A stretch of 64,000 bases of DNA from Candidatus Bathyarchaeota archaeon (GCA_963717465.1 OY970340.1:296366-360365), one strand, 5' to 3'; positions 19,957-31,425 are shown, counted from the stretch's first letter. A program made the numbers and translations. Notes: generated by a model not told the origin, from the letters alone.

Positions 19957-20425
19957 TTTATTTACGCCTCATAACTTTCATTAAAACATATGTTCAATAT
20001 ATAATAAATCTTATAAACATTATGCTAGCAAATTTATCCTAAACCTATACAATATAATAATTTCTATTAAAAAATTAAAACAAACGTCTTTTTTATATTA
20101 CCCGAAGGCGATGTTTTTAAACAAAAAAAACAAAAATCAAACCTGCAGAAAACAAATGAACAGCAGAACGATGGCAAGGCTTTAAAGCTTAAGGGGGATA
20201 AAGGTTCAATAAATTCACAGATACAAAGATCTTTAAGCCAACTGCCGCCTTCAACTGTCCTGGTGCAAATCGCTTTAGGAAATCACGGTCAATTCAACTG
20301 GTGTAGATCAACCGCAGACAAACAAGCGCAAACATCTAAAGAAATACAGCAAGATAAAAACATTAAACGAAACACAGGCCAATTGCTACAACAATCCACG
20401 ACAATAAAAATAGTAAAAAGAGACT

Positions 20426-21124
20426 TCAGTCCTTTCGATGAAACTGGTTTTTTGCTGCTCCGCATATTGGGCAAACCCAGTTTTCTGGCAGTTTCTCGAA
20501 TGGCGTGCCTGGCTGGATACCGGAGTTTGGATCGCCCTGTGCTGGGTCATATACGTAACCGCAAACTTCACAAGCATATTTCGCGGCGTCCTTGATATCT
20601 TCCTTTTTTTCAGTTTGGGCAAATGTGGGAGCTGTCTTTGGCGTTGTTCCCCTCTTTACCTCATGATAGAAATCGTAAGTCATTTGTGGATCGTTGCTTA
20701 GGACTTTTGAATCAACTACTTCCCCCAAAAAGATTGTGTGGGTTTCTGCATCTATTTCATTTGTAACTTTCACTTCAAAGTATGCAACTGTATGGTTCAA
20801 AACTATTCGGGCACCAGTCTGGCCTACTTGATAGTCAACGCCTAAAAACTTGTTAGTGTCCCTTCCACATTTGAATCCGAAGTTTCCTATGAAAGAAAGC
20901 GGCGTGTCTTTTGAGAGAACCGAAACAGCGTAGAAACCATTTTGTTTGATGAGTTCATGGGTGAAGTTTTGCTTATTTATTGAGACAGCAACCAAGGGTG
21001 GTTGAGACGCAACTTGAACAACGGTGTTTGCAATCTGTCCGTTGCACCTACCTTCTTTCCCAGAAGTCACTACATAGACGCCATAACTTATCTTGTACAA
21101 ACCTTTAGGATCCAAACAAATCAA
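20426..21124 (-). CDS. flavin reductase-rubredoxin fusion (high-molecular-weight rubredoxin)
   Basis: [11 protein letters not shown] and THTIFLGEV flavin-reductase motifs; [10 protein letters not shown]...WVCPICG rubredoxin. Confidence 0.9.
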   Translation of the reverse strand: MICLDPKGLYKISYGVYVVTSGKEGRCNGQIANTVVQVASQPPLVAVSINKQNFTHELIKQNGFYAVSVLSKDTPLSFIGNFGFKCGRDTNKFLGVDYQVGQTGARIVLNHTVAYFEVKVTNEIDAETHTIFLGEVVDSKVLSNDPQMTYDFYHEVKRGTTPKTAPTFAQTEKKEDIKDAAKYACEVCGYVYDPAQGDPNSGIQPGTPFEKLPENWVCPICGAAKNQFHRKD

Positions 21125-21227
21125 ACCCTCATTCGATTGGTGCCTAACTTTGCATATTTGTTTTTCGATCGAACCGTGTAGAAGAAATTATTAAAGAAAA
21201 AGCAGGCGTTAAATATTCATTGGTGGT

Positions 21228-21404
21228 TCAGTGTGCGTGTCGGTTTAGTTTCTTTATTCTTTCATCTAATTCTTTTTCCGAAAACAAAATGGCTGCTACG
21301 GCTACGCAGACAACGAGCACGGTCAACCCAATAAAATTTCTTTCTGCCAGGAAAAAGAGTAGTAATCCAGCAACCGCTATGATTCCCGCTATCCAGTTTC
21401 TCAT
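21228..21404 (-). CDS. small two-TM membrane protein (58 aa)
   Basis: Manual translation MRNWIAGIIAVAGLLLFFLAERNFIGLTVLVVCVAVAAILFSEKELDERIKKLNRHAH*. Confidence 0.5.
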   Translation of the reverse strand: MRNWIAGIIAVAGLLLFFLAERNFIGLTVLVVCVAVAAILFSEKELDERIKKLNRHAH

Positions 21405-21815
21405 GTTTACGTCTTATTTGTTTAGGGCAATTAGGCTTTTCGGGAAGACAGCAAAAGAATAATTAACCCATAGTAAATAGCAAGACTACTCTAAATTCCC
21501 ATTATCCTTAGGGATGCCTAGCGGAACGCCTATAAGCGATAAAGAATCTTTCTTGAGAGATTCATCTGGAGAGGCGGATTCAAATCGAACGAAGGGGTAT
21601 GAGCAACTTGCAAGATTCTTTGCTTTGCTTAGTTTTAACTTGATAAGTAAGCTTTTCAGCCCTTTACTGAAAACGCGTTCTGCCTTTAAGAAGAATAGGA
21701 GCTTGAGGCGTCATGAACTTACTTGCACGCCTTTACTACATTTGGCGAAGATTCTCCAAGATGATCTCAATTTTCATAGTTGTCGTTGACGTAATGAATT
21801 TGGGGCATCTTTTCT

Positions 21816-22148
21816 TTGAATAACAAACTGCATGCATTAGTCGCCATATTTGTTGAGTCTCACAGAATAGATGATGTACTTCAAGCTATCTCCAACGCCA
21901 CAAACGTGGAAAAAATTTATGAAGTAACCGGGGAATTTGACATTGTTACTCAGGTTTCCGCCGAGGACATAGAAAACTTCAGAGACATCATAAAGAGTAT
22001 AATGAAGATAACAGGAGTAAAAAGCACTGTTAGCTCCTTTATTTTAGCATCTCACAAACATTCTTACGAAAACAAACGTAATTCAAGGCAGAAAAGCAGG
22101 AATCGAAAGGCAGCCTCAGCATCACCAGTAAAAAACCATAAAGACTGA
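21816..22148 (+). CDS. stand-alone Lrp/AsnC ligand-binding (RAM) domain protein
   Basis: IYEVTGEFDIV...GVKSTVSSFIL; paralog of 9912 and 14887 with a basic tail. Confidence 0.85.
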   Translation: MNNKLHALVAIFVESHRIDDVLQAISNATNVEKIYEVTGEFDIVTQVSAEDIENFRDIIKSIMKITGVKSTVSSFILASHKHSYENKRNSRQKSRNRKAASASPVKNHKD

Positions 22149-22258
22149 CGAGCCATAACGAAAAAACTGTTTTTTCAAAGATTAAAAAAAATCCACTTAA
22201 GTCAATGACCTCACAAAGGAGCACTATCTCGTCTATTTTCACTTATTGATATTGCTCG

Positions 22259-22876
22259 TTATGGCTGCTTCATGAACTCTATAAATTCTTCAAGGGTTCT
22301 TGGCTTCAGGGTGTAGTTAGTTTTTTTCTCTTCGCCGATAGTCGAATAAGGTCTTTGGCCATAATCGTGCCCTGGATAAACTTCTACAGCATCATCAAGT
22401 TTAGATAACTTGTTAAGCAGGCTATCGTACATGCTTTTTGAGTTGCCACTTGAAAGATCGGTTCGTCCGCATTCGCCTACAAAAAGGGTATCACCCGTTA
22501 ACAATTTCTTGCCGTCTACAAGCAAGCAAATGCTATCAGGAGTATGTCCAGGCGTATAAATGACTTTAATCAGTACGCTACCCACTTGTAAAACGTCACC
22601 ATCATCAGCGGCTACGTCAAAACTTGCTTGCGAAAGTTTGTAGGCAACTATTTTTGCACCAAAAAGTGAACGCAACTCCGCGTTGCCGCCGGTGTGATCA
22701 AAATGGCCATGCGTGTTAAAGATGTATTTTAACTTGAATTTTTCAGCTTTTAAAACGCGAGTTAATTCTTTTCCATTGTAGCTTGAATCCACTACTGCAG
22801 CTTCAAAGGAAGACTCATCAGCTACGATGTAAGAAAAGTTATCGCCGCTCGTTTGTCTGATTTGCCTTAAAAACAT
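22259..22876 (-). CDS. MBL-fold metallo-hydrolase (glyoxalase II/ETHE1-like)
   Basis: THGHFDH, TPGHT, TGDTLF, YPGHDY. Confidence 0.92.
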   Translation of the reverse strand: MFLRQIRQTSGDNFSYIVADESSFEAAVVDSSYNGKELTRVLKAEKFKLKYIFNTHGHFDHTGGNAELRSLFGAKIVAYKLSQASFDVAADDGDVLQVGSVLIKVIYTPGHTPDSICLLVDGKKLLTGDTLFVGECGRTDLSSGNSKSMYDSLLNKLSKLDDAVEVYPGHDYGQRPYSTIGEEKKTNYTLKPRTLEEFIEFMKQP

Positions 22877-23275
22877 TTTTCAACCACCTACACATCCATT
22901 TTATGATTTCTCTATTTTGAAGGTTCTTGTTTGAAACTTTTTTCTCATGAAATCCTCAAAGAGAAATTTTGATTTAATAAATGGTTCCTGTTAACTAATA
23001 GCCCGTCCCGTAAAAAGCTTTGTTAACTAAACTGTCAATAACTGCACGATGTACTTCTCCACCAACATTTCATTGGAAATAAAAGACTATAGTGCTCAAA
23101 ATTAATTAAGGATTTAAGGGGACTGAGCACTAATTACTTGATTCACAGGCTTCCATTAAGTTCTTTTACAACATTGCATCCATTGAAAGTATCTTTTACA
23201 AAAAAAGTGCAATATTTTTTTAGCAAATATTAAATATAACTTAGGTAGAATTGGATGCCTAGAGGTGACCAATGT

Positions 23276-23584
23276 ATGCCTCAAAGTGAACCAAAAAAGG
23301 AACCTAAGTCAACCTTTTCTTTAAAAGAGGAACTAAATAAAGACGACATTCTCCTGTTAGATATGCTGAGAAGCCCGATTGAAACATTAAAGAATCGTGA
23401 TATACTTTGCGATCAGGTAATGGTAAACCATCTCAACGTTGCTCGCGATGATATTATGAAAAGAGCTAGAGCAGTATTCATAGAAGTGGGTTTGAAACAT
23501 GACGCAATTCGCGAAGATGGAACCCAAGGATGCCAAGGTTGCAATGGATGCCAAGGATGCGGGTCAAAACACGTAATGATGTAG
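23276..23584 (+). CDS. putative RiPP precursor with a C-terminal (Q/N)GC x4 core
   Basis: GAGGTGA RBS before ATG 23276; C-terminus GTQGCQGCNGCQGCGSKHVMM; directly upstream of a radical SAM/SPASM gene. Confidence 0.7.
   Translation: MPQSEPKKEPKSTFSLKEELNKDDILLLDMLRSPIETLKNRDILCDQVMVNHLNVARDDIMKRARAVFIEVGLKHDAIREDGTQGCQGCNGCQGCGSKHVMM
23525..23560 (+). repeat. four 9-bp tandem units encoding (Q/N)GC
   Basis: CAAGGATGC CAAGGTTGC AATGGATGC CAAGGATGC. Confidence 0.9.
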
Positions 23585-23597
23585 ACAAAAGAGGAAT

Positions 23598-24704
23598 ACG
23601 CAAACGAAAGATACAACACCAATTCTTGCACAATGGGACATCACCACCGGCTGCAACTTTTCATGTTCATTTTGCCTTAGCAGTAGCGGACAGCGATCAA
23701 GAAATGAACTTAACAGTTCACAAGCAATTGAAGTAATAAACAGGCTGTATGACGCGGGGATTTTGTTTCTTCGAATACTCGGTGGTGAACCTTTTTTCCG
23801 CAAGGATATAATGGATATAATTAATTATGCGACGAAAAAGGGGATGCTAATTTCTTTTAGCACCAACGGTTCATTGATAACAAAACAAGTTGCCAAGAAC
23901 CTTAAAGCGGTTGAAAACAACATCAATTACTTTCAGGTTAGTCTGTACGGTGCAGATTCGCCCTCGTACGAAAAAGTTACGAAAAACCCTCAGGGTTTCA
24001 AACTCGTAACGAAAGGGATTCAAAACTTAATTGAAATCGGTATGAAACCAAGCATTTTTTGGGTGTTAACTAAAGACAATATAGATCAAGTTGAGAAGGC
24101 ATACGAACTTGTGTCGAAATTAGGCCTTTCTGAACTTAGACTCTCATCTAAGCTTAATTTGGGAAGAGGCAAAACTGATTGTGAATCCGATCCTACAGAA
24201 TCGATAGAAGCTTGGCGGAAAACCTTGATTATCCTAAAACAATTAGATAACATGACAAAGTTAGCTGGATCGCCAAGAGTTGTTTTACATGAAAGACCCC
24301 TGCTTGGCGAATACCTATATCATTTAACGGGTTTACCATACTTTTTTGTAACTTGTAAAGCTGCAACAACGATGATTTATGTCAATTCAGAGGGATATTG
24401 CAGTCCATGTCCCTTCTCAACTAATATGCCCAGTATGTATGATCCATTAGGACTAAGCAAAGCGCCTACTTGTTTGAATATTCTTGAAAATAGTTTTAGT
24501 GAAATTTGGAATTCAGACATTTTTATGACTTACCGCAAACTCCAAGATCCAAATTTTAATCCGAAGGAAATATTCGTCAAGTGTCCTCATTTTAAAAGTG
24601 GGTTCTGCGATCCATGTGTATTTACACCCTGCACATGTAGATTTTCAATGGAATTGATCGCAAAAGCCTTCAAAGCAAACCAAACAAACAAAATTATCAT
24701 TTGA
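23598..24704 (+). CDS. radical SAM protein with a SPASM-like C-terminal domain (peptide maturase type)
   Basis: In-frame extension upstream of ORF 23763 gives WDITTGCNFSCSFC (CxxxCxxC); also GGEP, STNG, QVSLYG, CKAA...VNSEGYCSPC, EIWNS, CPHFKSGFCDPCVFTPCTC; start codon non-canonical or mis-called. Confidence 0.88.
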   Translation, partial: TQTKDTTPILAQWDITTGCNFSCSFCLSSSGQRSRNELNSSQAIEVINRLYDAGILFLRILGGEPFFRKDIMDIINYATKKGMLISFSTNGSLITKQVAKNLKAVENNINYFQVSLYGADSPSYEKVTKNPQGFKLVTKGIQNLIEIGMKPSIFWVLTKDNIDQVEKAYELVSKLGLSELRLSSKLNLGRGKTDCESDPTESIEAWRKTLIILKQLDNMTKLAGSPRVVLHERPLLGEYLYHLTGLPYFFVTCKAATTMIYVNSEGYCSPCPFSTNMPSMYDPLGLSKAPTCLNILENSFSEIWNSDIFMTYRKLQDPNFNPKEIFVKCPHFKSGFCDPCVFTPCTCRFSMELIAKAFKANQTNKIII

Positions 24705-24892
24705 GCATATGATTTACCTCAATAAACGTTTAGATAAGACGCCAACCCCATGCTAACCAACTTGAACGATTAACTTAAAAATTCTTCTTTCAAGGGCGGC
24801 CGCATAAGCACTTGTTGTGATTTGAATAAGCTTTTATACGAATTTGCTGAGATGATAAAAAAAGCGTGCATCCGAGTGAGGATAAAGACTAA

Positions 24893-27800
24893 ATGCCGTA
24901 CATTAAAAAAATTGAGTTAAAAGGCTTTAAGTCTTTTGGACCGCAAACCGTTAAAGTAGTACTGGATAAAGGCTTCACTGCTATAACAGGTCCAAACGGA
25001 AGCGGAAAAACCAACATTATGGATGCAGTATTATTCTCATTAGGTGAATTAAGCACAAGAAGACTTCGCGCTGAAAACGCTTCCAACCTGATTTTTCACG
25101 GTTCAGAAAAAGCCGGGCAAGAAAAAGCAAAGATGGCAAAAGTCGTCATTCAATTTGACAACACTGACGGCACAATGGCGGTCGACACTACGACGGTTAC
25201 TATTTCTCGGGAAGTTTACAGGAATGGCCAAAGCGTTTACAGGCTTAACGGCAGAAGAATGTCACGCACTAACATTATAGATACGCTCTCCATGGCTGCA
25301 ATAAGCAGCGTTAGCCAAAACATTATTCCCCAAGGCACAATTACACGGTTAACAGACATTAACCCGATTGAGCGAAGAAAAATAATCGAAGACCTAATTG
25401 GAATCGCACAGTACGATGCGGAAAAAGCTGAAGCTGAAGATAAACTTCGAACGGCAGACATTTCAATTCGAACAGCCATGGGCAGAATCGACGAAGTTCA
25501 AAAACGCCTTGACGACTTAGAACGAGAACGCAACCAACTCTTACGTTACAATTTTATTCAAAACGAAATCAAAAAATTTGAGGCAATAAAAATCTCGCAT
25601 GAAGTTAGACAGCTAAACAAAAAAATTGAAGAAACAAATGGTCAAACTGAAAAAATCATCGCTAAAGTTGACCGCTTAAAGGGACTCCGTGACATGAGAA
25701 GGTTAAAACGCCGTGAAATTGAAGGCGAATGGAGAAAACTAAGCGGAGAAACCCTTGAAGAAGGCGGCTCACAGGTTCTTAAGGTACAAATAAAAATTGG
25801 CGAATTAAAATCTAAACTCACCGAGTTATCTTCAAAAATCAGTTCTGGGCAAGCAAGCCTTGAAAGTCTAAAGCGGGTAAAAGAAAACAATCAGGAACAA
25901 CACGAAACAATTCAAAAAGAAATCAAAGATAACCGATTAAAAATTCGCGTTCATCGAGCTGCTTATGAAAAAATTCAAAGCCAGATAAACCTGAAAAAGA
26001 CTGAGCATGATAGTCTTGCTCAAGAAACAGCTCAGCTTTGGGAAGGCTTAGGAGATAACAGCCAGAAAATACGCGGATTGGAGATGCAAGTTGAAACTCA
26101 CATGCGAAGGTTGGCTTACTTGCGCTCTGAATACACAAAAGATAAGGCGGCCCTTCGAATCAGTTCAGGTCGACTAAAGAATTTGAATGTCCGCAAAGAA
26201 AAGTTCGTTGCAAGTCTAAAGGAAATTGAGACAAGCCTAAATGAATTAGAAAAAGTTCAAAAAGACCAAAAAGACCAGCTTAAAAACCTGGAAACTATCA
26301 TTGACCGTAAATTGATCTCAGAAGGAAACTGTTGGAAAAGAAATTTCAGAAGCAGAAAGAATAGCTGGTTCAGCTAAGGATGCAGTAATAGAATTTGCTA
26401 CACAACGTGAGCTTGCAGCAACAATAGCAGCTGAAGAAAAAGCCTTAAGAAGCATTGAAGAAATGGGCGACGCTGGAGCACTTAATGGAATTCACGGAAG
26501 ACTTCGCAATTTAGTTAAAATTGACAAGAATTACAAGAAAGCTATAGATGCAGCAGCGATAGGATGGCTTGACGCTTTAGTCGTAAAAGATATTGACTCA
26601 GCGTTCATGTGCGCTGAAACGCTTAAAAAAATGAAGCTGGGACGAATAAAAATCATCCCTTTACAGGGAGCCATTAATCCGAAAAAGAAAGATACCCCTC
26701 ATAGAGAAGGGGTAGTTGGTGCGCTCTCGCAATTTTTAAATTACGAGACAACGTTTGAGAGTGCCGTAAATTACGTTTTCGGAGATACCATGGTCGTTTC
26801 TAATGATCAGACAGGCTTTGATCTTTCAAATGAGGGATACCGTGCAGTCACGGTTAACGGTGACTTGTATGAGCCAGGAGCCTTTGAAAGCGGTTATTAC
26901 CGAGCACCTATTGACTTCTCAACAATTATTCCAAGTGAAACCGCTATTAAAAGTCTAGATGAAGCAGTTAAAGCGCTTCAACAGCATCTTACTCAACGAG
27001 GAACAGACATAACGGGCATCGAAGAAGAAATTGACCGTAACAAAATTGAAATGACACGACTGCTGGAATCCATTAACACTTTGGATAGGGAAATAATTAG
27101 AATTAAACGAAGCGTTAAACGAACTCAATTCAACATTAGACACGTGGATAAGTATGGCGGAAAACTTGAACGGGAAAACGCAGCTTACAAAGGCCGCATG
27201 AGCATGTACGTATCTGAGCGAAACGCTATTAAACGGTTGCTACAGAAAGCTTCACTCAGACATAGCTACCTTAAGATTAAAAACAGATATGGGTCATATT
27301 CAAGAACTTGAAGTTCAACGAGAAAAACTTGCAGAAGAATTAAACACTTTACGCCAAAACTTGGGCTCCGCGCAAACGGAAATTTCAACATGCCAATCAC
27401 AATTTGACAATGTTCTAAGAACAGGTTATCAAAACGTTAAGATTCAAATATCAAAGATTGAACAGCAACAGAAACGTTTGGATAAAGAAGTTGCTGATGC
27501 ACTTCAAGAACGTGAATCACTTAAGCAGGAAATAAATGAACTGGAAAAAAGTCGCGTTGAAATTTCAAAAGCAGTTTTCTCAGCACGCGAAGAATCAAGA
27601 AAGTTCACTTCTCAAATAGACACAATCGATACTGAATTAAGATTGCTTGATGCAGAGTATGAACAGTCGGAAATGCTTCTAAATCAGCTCCAACTCAGCG
27701 TGCAAACTTATAACTTGACGACTGCAACAGCATCAAAGCCAACTAAAGCAGTATCGGTTACGAGCAGCCTTTAGAAGCGACGGATAAGCAGGTAGAAGAG

Positions 27801-28449
27801 GCAGAGACTAGCATTCAAATGATGCAGTTTGAACTTGAAAGAATAGGAGCAATAAATCAGCTTGCACTTTCTCATTATGCAGATCAAATTTCAAGGTATA
27901 GAGAATTATCGATGCGTCTAAACGAGTTAGAAAGGGAAAAGCAAGCAATCGTTCAATTCATGGATGAAGTTGAAGCGAAAAAACGCAAAGTCTTCATGAC
28001 TGCATTCGAAAAAATCAATGCCTAGATTAAAAGTTTATTTCTCAAAACTCACTGGTGGAGGAGATACCGAGCTAAAGCTGGAAAACCCCGATGAACCCTT
28101 CGCTGGAGGAATAGACATGTTAGTGCAGTTCCCAAATAAACCATCTATCGTTGTTAGTGGAGCAAGCGGTGGCGAGCGTTCAGTTTCAGCAGTCAGCTTC
28201 ATATTCTCACTAAAAGAGTTAACTCCAGCATCATTCTACATTCTTGATGAAGTTGACGCCCACCTAGACGCTTTCCACACAACAAAGCTTGCTGATTTAC
28301 TTTTGGAGGAAGCGGGGAAAACTCAATTTATCGTGATTACTTTAAGACCTGAAATGGTCAATAAAGCCCAAAAAGTTTATGGAGTCTATGAGAGAAATGG
28401 CGTTTCAAACGTTGTCACTGCTAAATTTCCGGGGCAGCTGCTTAAATGA
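24893..28449 (+). CDS. smc: chromosome segregation protein SMC, split into about five ORFs by probable assembly indels
   Basis: GFKSFG, GPNGSGKTN Walker A, hinge (GIHGRLRNLV, LGRIKIIPL), SGGE signature, ILDEVDAHLD Walker B. Confidence 0.93.
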
Positions 28450-29150
28450 CGCAAACGCCAACTCGCAGACCCTTCTATTTACGTCCACCATGGAATATTC
28501 TGTTCGAGTTAAGTAAACTGGAGAAGCTTACTCCATGGAACATTAACATTGCTTACTTGCTCGGATCGTTTCTTACCGAAATGGAGCGTGATGGAAAAGT
28601 GGATTTCAGGGCTTCTGGTGTTGCATTGGATTCTTCAGCGTTAATATATTTAATGAAGTCAAAGCTTTTGCTTACTTTGCAGGAGCCACCTGTAGAGCCT
28701 AAACCAGTGGGAGATTTTGTTCCGCCACCCTTATTTTTACCCTTAAGACACGAGTTAACATCAACAACTATTCATCATTTACTTGAAGTCTTAGACGACG
28801 TGCTTAAAGGAGAAAAACTGCTTCACCTTGACAGAACAATTGTTCAGCAGCCTGTTCTGCCAGCAGTTTCAGATTTGATGCCACAATTTGACGAGTTCAT
28901 CGCAGAACTTGAACTGCAAATGGATAAATTGTATGCACAATTAGTTGAGAAAGTCAAGGGTTCAGGAATAATAGATTTTTCCACATTAACAAAGGGTGCA
29001 ACTCGAATAGAAGCAATTCGTATATTCATTTACCTGTTATTTTTAGCTCAGGATGGCTTAGTTAGTTTGTGGCAAAATGAAGAAACAGAAGAATTATACA
29101 TAGCAGTGGGTAGCCTAAATGTTGGAAAAGTCGGAAAACCAAGCAGTTAA
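28446..29150 (+). CDS. scpA: kleisin ScpA
   Basis: PWNINI...KSKLLL, C-terminal FIYLLFLAQDG..LWQ; follows smc. Confidence 0.85.
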   Translation: MTQTPTRRPFYLRPPWNILFELSKLEKLTPWNINIAYLLGSFLTEMERDGKVDFRASGVALDSSALIYLMKSKLLLTLQEPPVEPKPVGDFVPPPLFLPLRHELTSTTIHHLLEVLDDVLKGEKLLHLDRTIVQQPVLPAVSDLMPQFDEFIAELELQMDKLYAQLVEKVKGSGIIDFSTLTKGATRIEAIRIFIYLLFLAQDGLVSLWQNEETEELYIAVGSLNVGKVGKPSS

Positions 29151-29724
29151 AAGAAGAAGACGTTGAACAAGCTATAGATAATGATGAAAAGGTAAGGCAG
29201 TGCCTTTCATTAATTGAAGCTGCACTGTACGTTTCAGGAAGACCATTAGATCTAAATGAGCTCTGCCAAGTTATAGGCAGCCGATCAAAAAAGAAAGCAA
29301 AGAAATACGCAGACATTCTTATGCAGAAGTATTCCGCCCGCAATACTGCACTAGAAATTTTAGCGTTAAAGGACGAACGCTACGTTCTGCAAGTCAAAGC
29401 TGATTACACGCCGTTAGTTAAGAAACTTGTTAACAGACCACTGCTTTCTTCAGGTCCACTAAAAACTTTGTCCTACATCGCGTACAGGCAACCGATTTCG
29501 CAGAAACGCGTGATTGATGTACGGGGCAGCATGCTTATGGACACATAAAGATGCTTAAAGACATGAATTTGATTAATTCTGAGAAAAGCGGTCGCTCCAT
29601 GGCTTTGAAAACTACAGATTACTTCGCTGATTACTTCGGGCTATCTCATGATACTGGAGTGATGAAGAAAGAGTTGAAACGTATTTTCGGTGAAGCAATA
29701 AAAGAAGAGGAACAACCATCCTAA
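29119..29724 (+). CDS. scpB: ScpB, frameshifted
   Basis: IEAALYVSGRPL, LKTLSYIAYRQPI, VRG, TTDYFADYFG spread across frames. Confidence 0.85.
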
Positions 29725-29988
29725 TGTGTTGTGAAATTTTCTGATTTTCATATTATGCTTATAATAATTTTAACATGAATTTATTGGATAAACTTGCATT
29801 TTTCGAAATTAAATTTTAAATCCAGTTTATTTAAACCATGTTTAGTTATTGTTTCCTATTAATTGGAATCTAAAAACTTTTAACATATTATTAGAATTCT
29901 AAAAAAACATATTTCAAATCATTCTAATTAAAAACTGTATCTGAAATTCATAAGCTTATTTACATAATAAAATGTTCTTTCAATAAAT

Positions 29989-31425
29989 ATGAGGTCATTA
30001 TATATGTCTATTGATACACAAAATAATCAAGCTCAAATCGAACAACTTGAAGCAGAAAACAAACAGCTCCTGGATGATTTTATCAACTTCATAAAGGAAG
30101 CTATTGATGGAGCCAAAGAAATCTCAGTGATGAGCGACGAAACGCTGAAACTGAGCAAAGAAACAATAACATTGGCTTTTAGCGTTGAAGGAAACGCCAA
30201 TAAAGTCGCCGATACTGCAAGCAAAGCAGCCTCAAGCGCTCAACAGAGTGTTGATGCTGCTTTATCGTTGGTCAATGAGGCTGAGAATTCTATGGCAGCG
30301 GCTGTAAATGTAGTGGAATTTGGAAATAAAGTTTCAAGCCTATCTAATGATTTGGTAGCTGGTATGCAGCAAATAGCCTCTGCCTCAAAAGAAGTAGCTA
30401 AGGGCGCACAAAAACTCTCCGAACTGTCCCAAAGGGCTGCATCGAGCACTGAATCATTAAATAAAGTTATGGATGAAGCGGGTACAATAGCTAAGGAAAC
30501 TTCAGTCATAACCGGCGATGCTGTAAAAAGATCAAAGGATGCAAACGACCAAGGTCAAAAGGGTCTTTTAGCGATTGAGAATATTAAAAGTAACATTACA
30601 AGAGTTTCTGAAGCTGTAACATCAATGGTTAACGCTGTTGAGCAGGTTGGGCAGATGGCTAATTCCGTCTCAGATATAGCTGGCCAAACAAACATGCTGG
30701 CGTTAAATGCTGCGATAGAAGCGGCTAGAGCGGGAGAAGCAGGAAGAGGCTTTGCAGTAGTTGCTGATGCCGTTAAAGGCTTAGCCGGGCAATCAAAAGT
30801 AGCGGCAGGATCAGCCATCAACCTAGTAAAAGGCATCAAAGAAGCAGGCATTCAGACTAATTCCATAACCCAGCAATCACAGACAGGCGCAGCCGAGGGA
30901 GCAAAAGTCGTTTTAGGTTCTATAAAAGAGTTAGATGGAATAGCTGAAATAATGAATGAAATAGCAAGCAAAGTAAGCCTTTTAACGACGGGCGTTGAAC
31001 GAGGACTCGCCGCATTGGGATCAGTGGTTAGCGTAATTAATGAGGTTGCATCCATTGCAGAGGAAAGCTCATCAGCCTCAGAGGAGACTTCTTCAGCAAT
31101 TGAGCAACAAGCCTCTGCTTCACAAGAAATCACTGATATCGCTGGTTATGTTTCTGCCTCTGCTGATTACGTATCTCAATCAGCCAAAGAAGCAAAAAAA
31201 GACGCACCAATCATTGCAAAGGCTTTAGATGAAGTGGCTGCTGGCGTTAATACAGTACAAATAACTGCAAAAGAAGTAGCATCTACCTCGCAAAGCGTTT
31301 CAAAAACAATGGAAGAAATTGGAAAAATAAACGAGAAAGAAAAACAAGCGCTAAATAGGCTAATTGACAAGCGCAGACTAATGCTTGACGAATTAACAAA
31401 GAAAAAAGCAAAATATTCAAACTAG
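29989..31425 (+). CDS. soluble methyl-accepting chemotaxis-like protein
   Basis: [30 protein letters not shown] signalling hairpin; no TM. Confidence 0.9.
   Translation: MRSLYMSIDTQNNQAQIEQLEAENKQLLDDFINFIKEAIDGAKEISVMSDETLKLSKETITLAFSVEGNANKVADTASKAASSAQQSVDAALSLVNEAENSMAAAVNVVEFGNKVSSLSNDLVAGMQQIASASKEVAKGAQKLSELSQRAASSTESLNKVMDEAGTIAKETSVITGDAVKRSKDANDQGQKGLLAIENIKSNITRVSEAVTSMVNAVEQVGQMANSVSDIAGQTNMLALNAAIEAARAGEAGRGFAVVADAVKGLAGQSKVAAGSAINLVKGIKEAGIQTNSITQQSQTGAAEGAKVVLGSIKELDGIAEIMNEIASKVSLLTTGVERGLAALGSVVSVINEVASIAEESSSASEETSSAIEQQASASQEITDIAGYVSASADYVSQSAKEAKKDAPIIAKALDEVAAGVNTVQITAKEVASTSQSVSKTMEEIGKINEKEKQALNRLIDKRRLMLDELTKKKAKYSN

Noticed and set aside
21500-21620. Possible glycine-riboswitch-like RNA (hairpin GAATCTTT-CTTG-AGAGATTC, CTGGAGAG...CGAAGG)
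   Set aside because: The conserved CTCAGG segment is missing and the downstream gene does not fit; the ORF 21514-21789 is also unsupported.
29947-29966. TTCATAAG half-site upstream of the MCP gene as a fifth operator
   Set aside because: It lacks the second half-site and the conserved flanking context, and the DNA here is very AT-rich.
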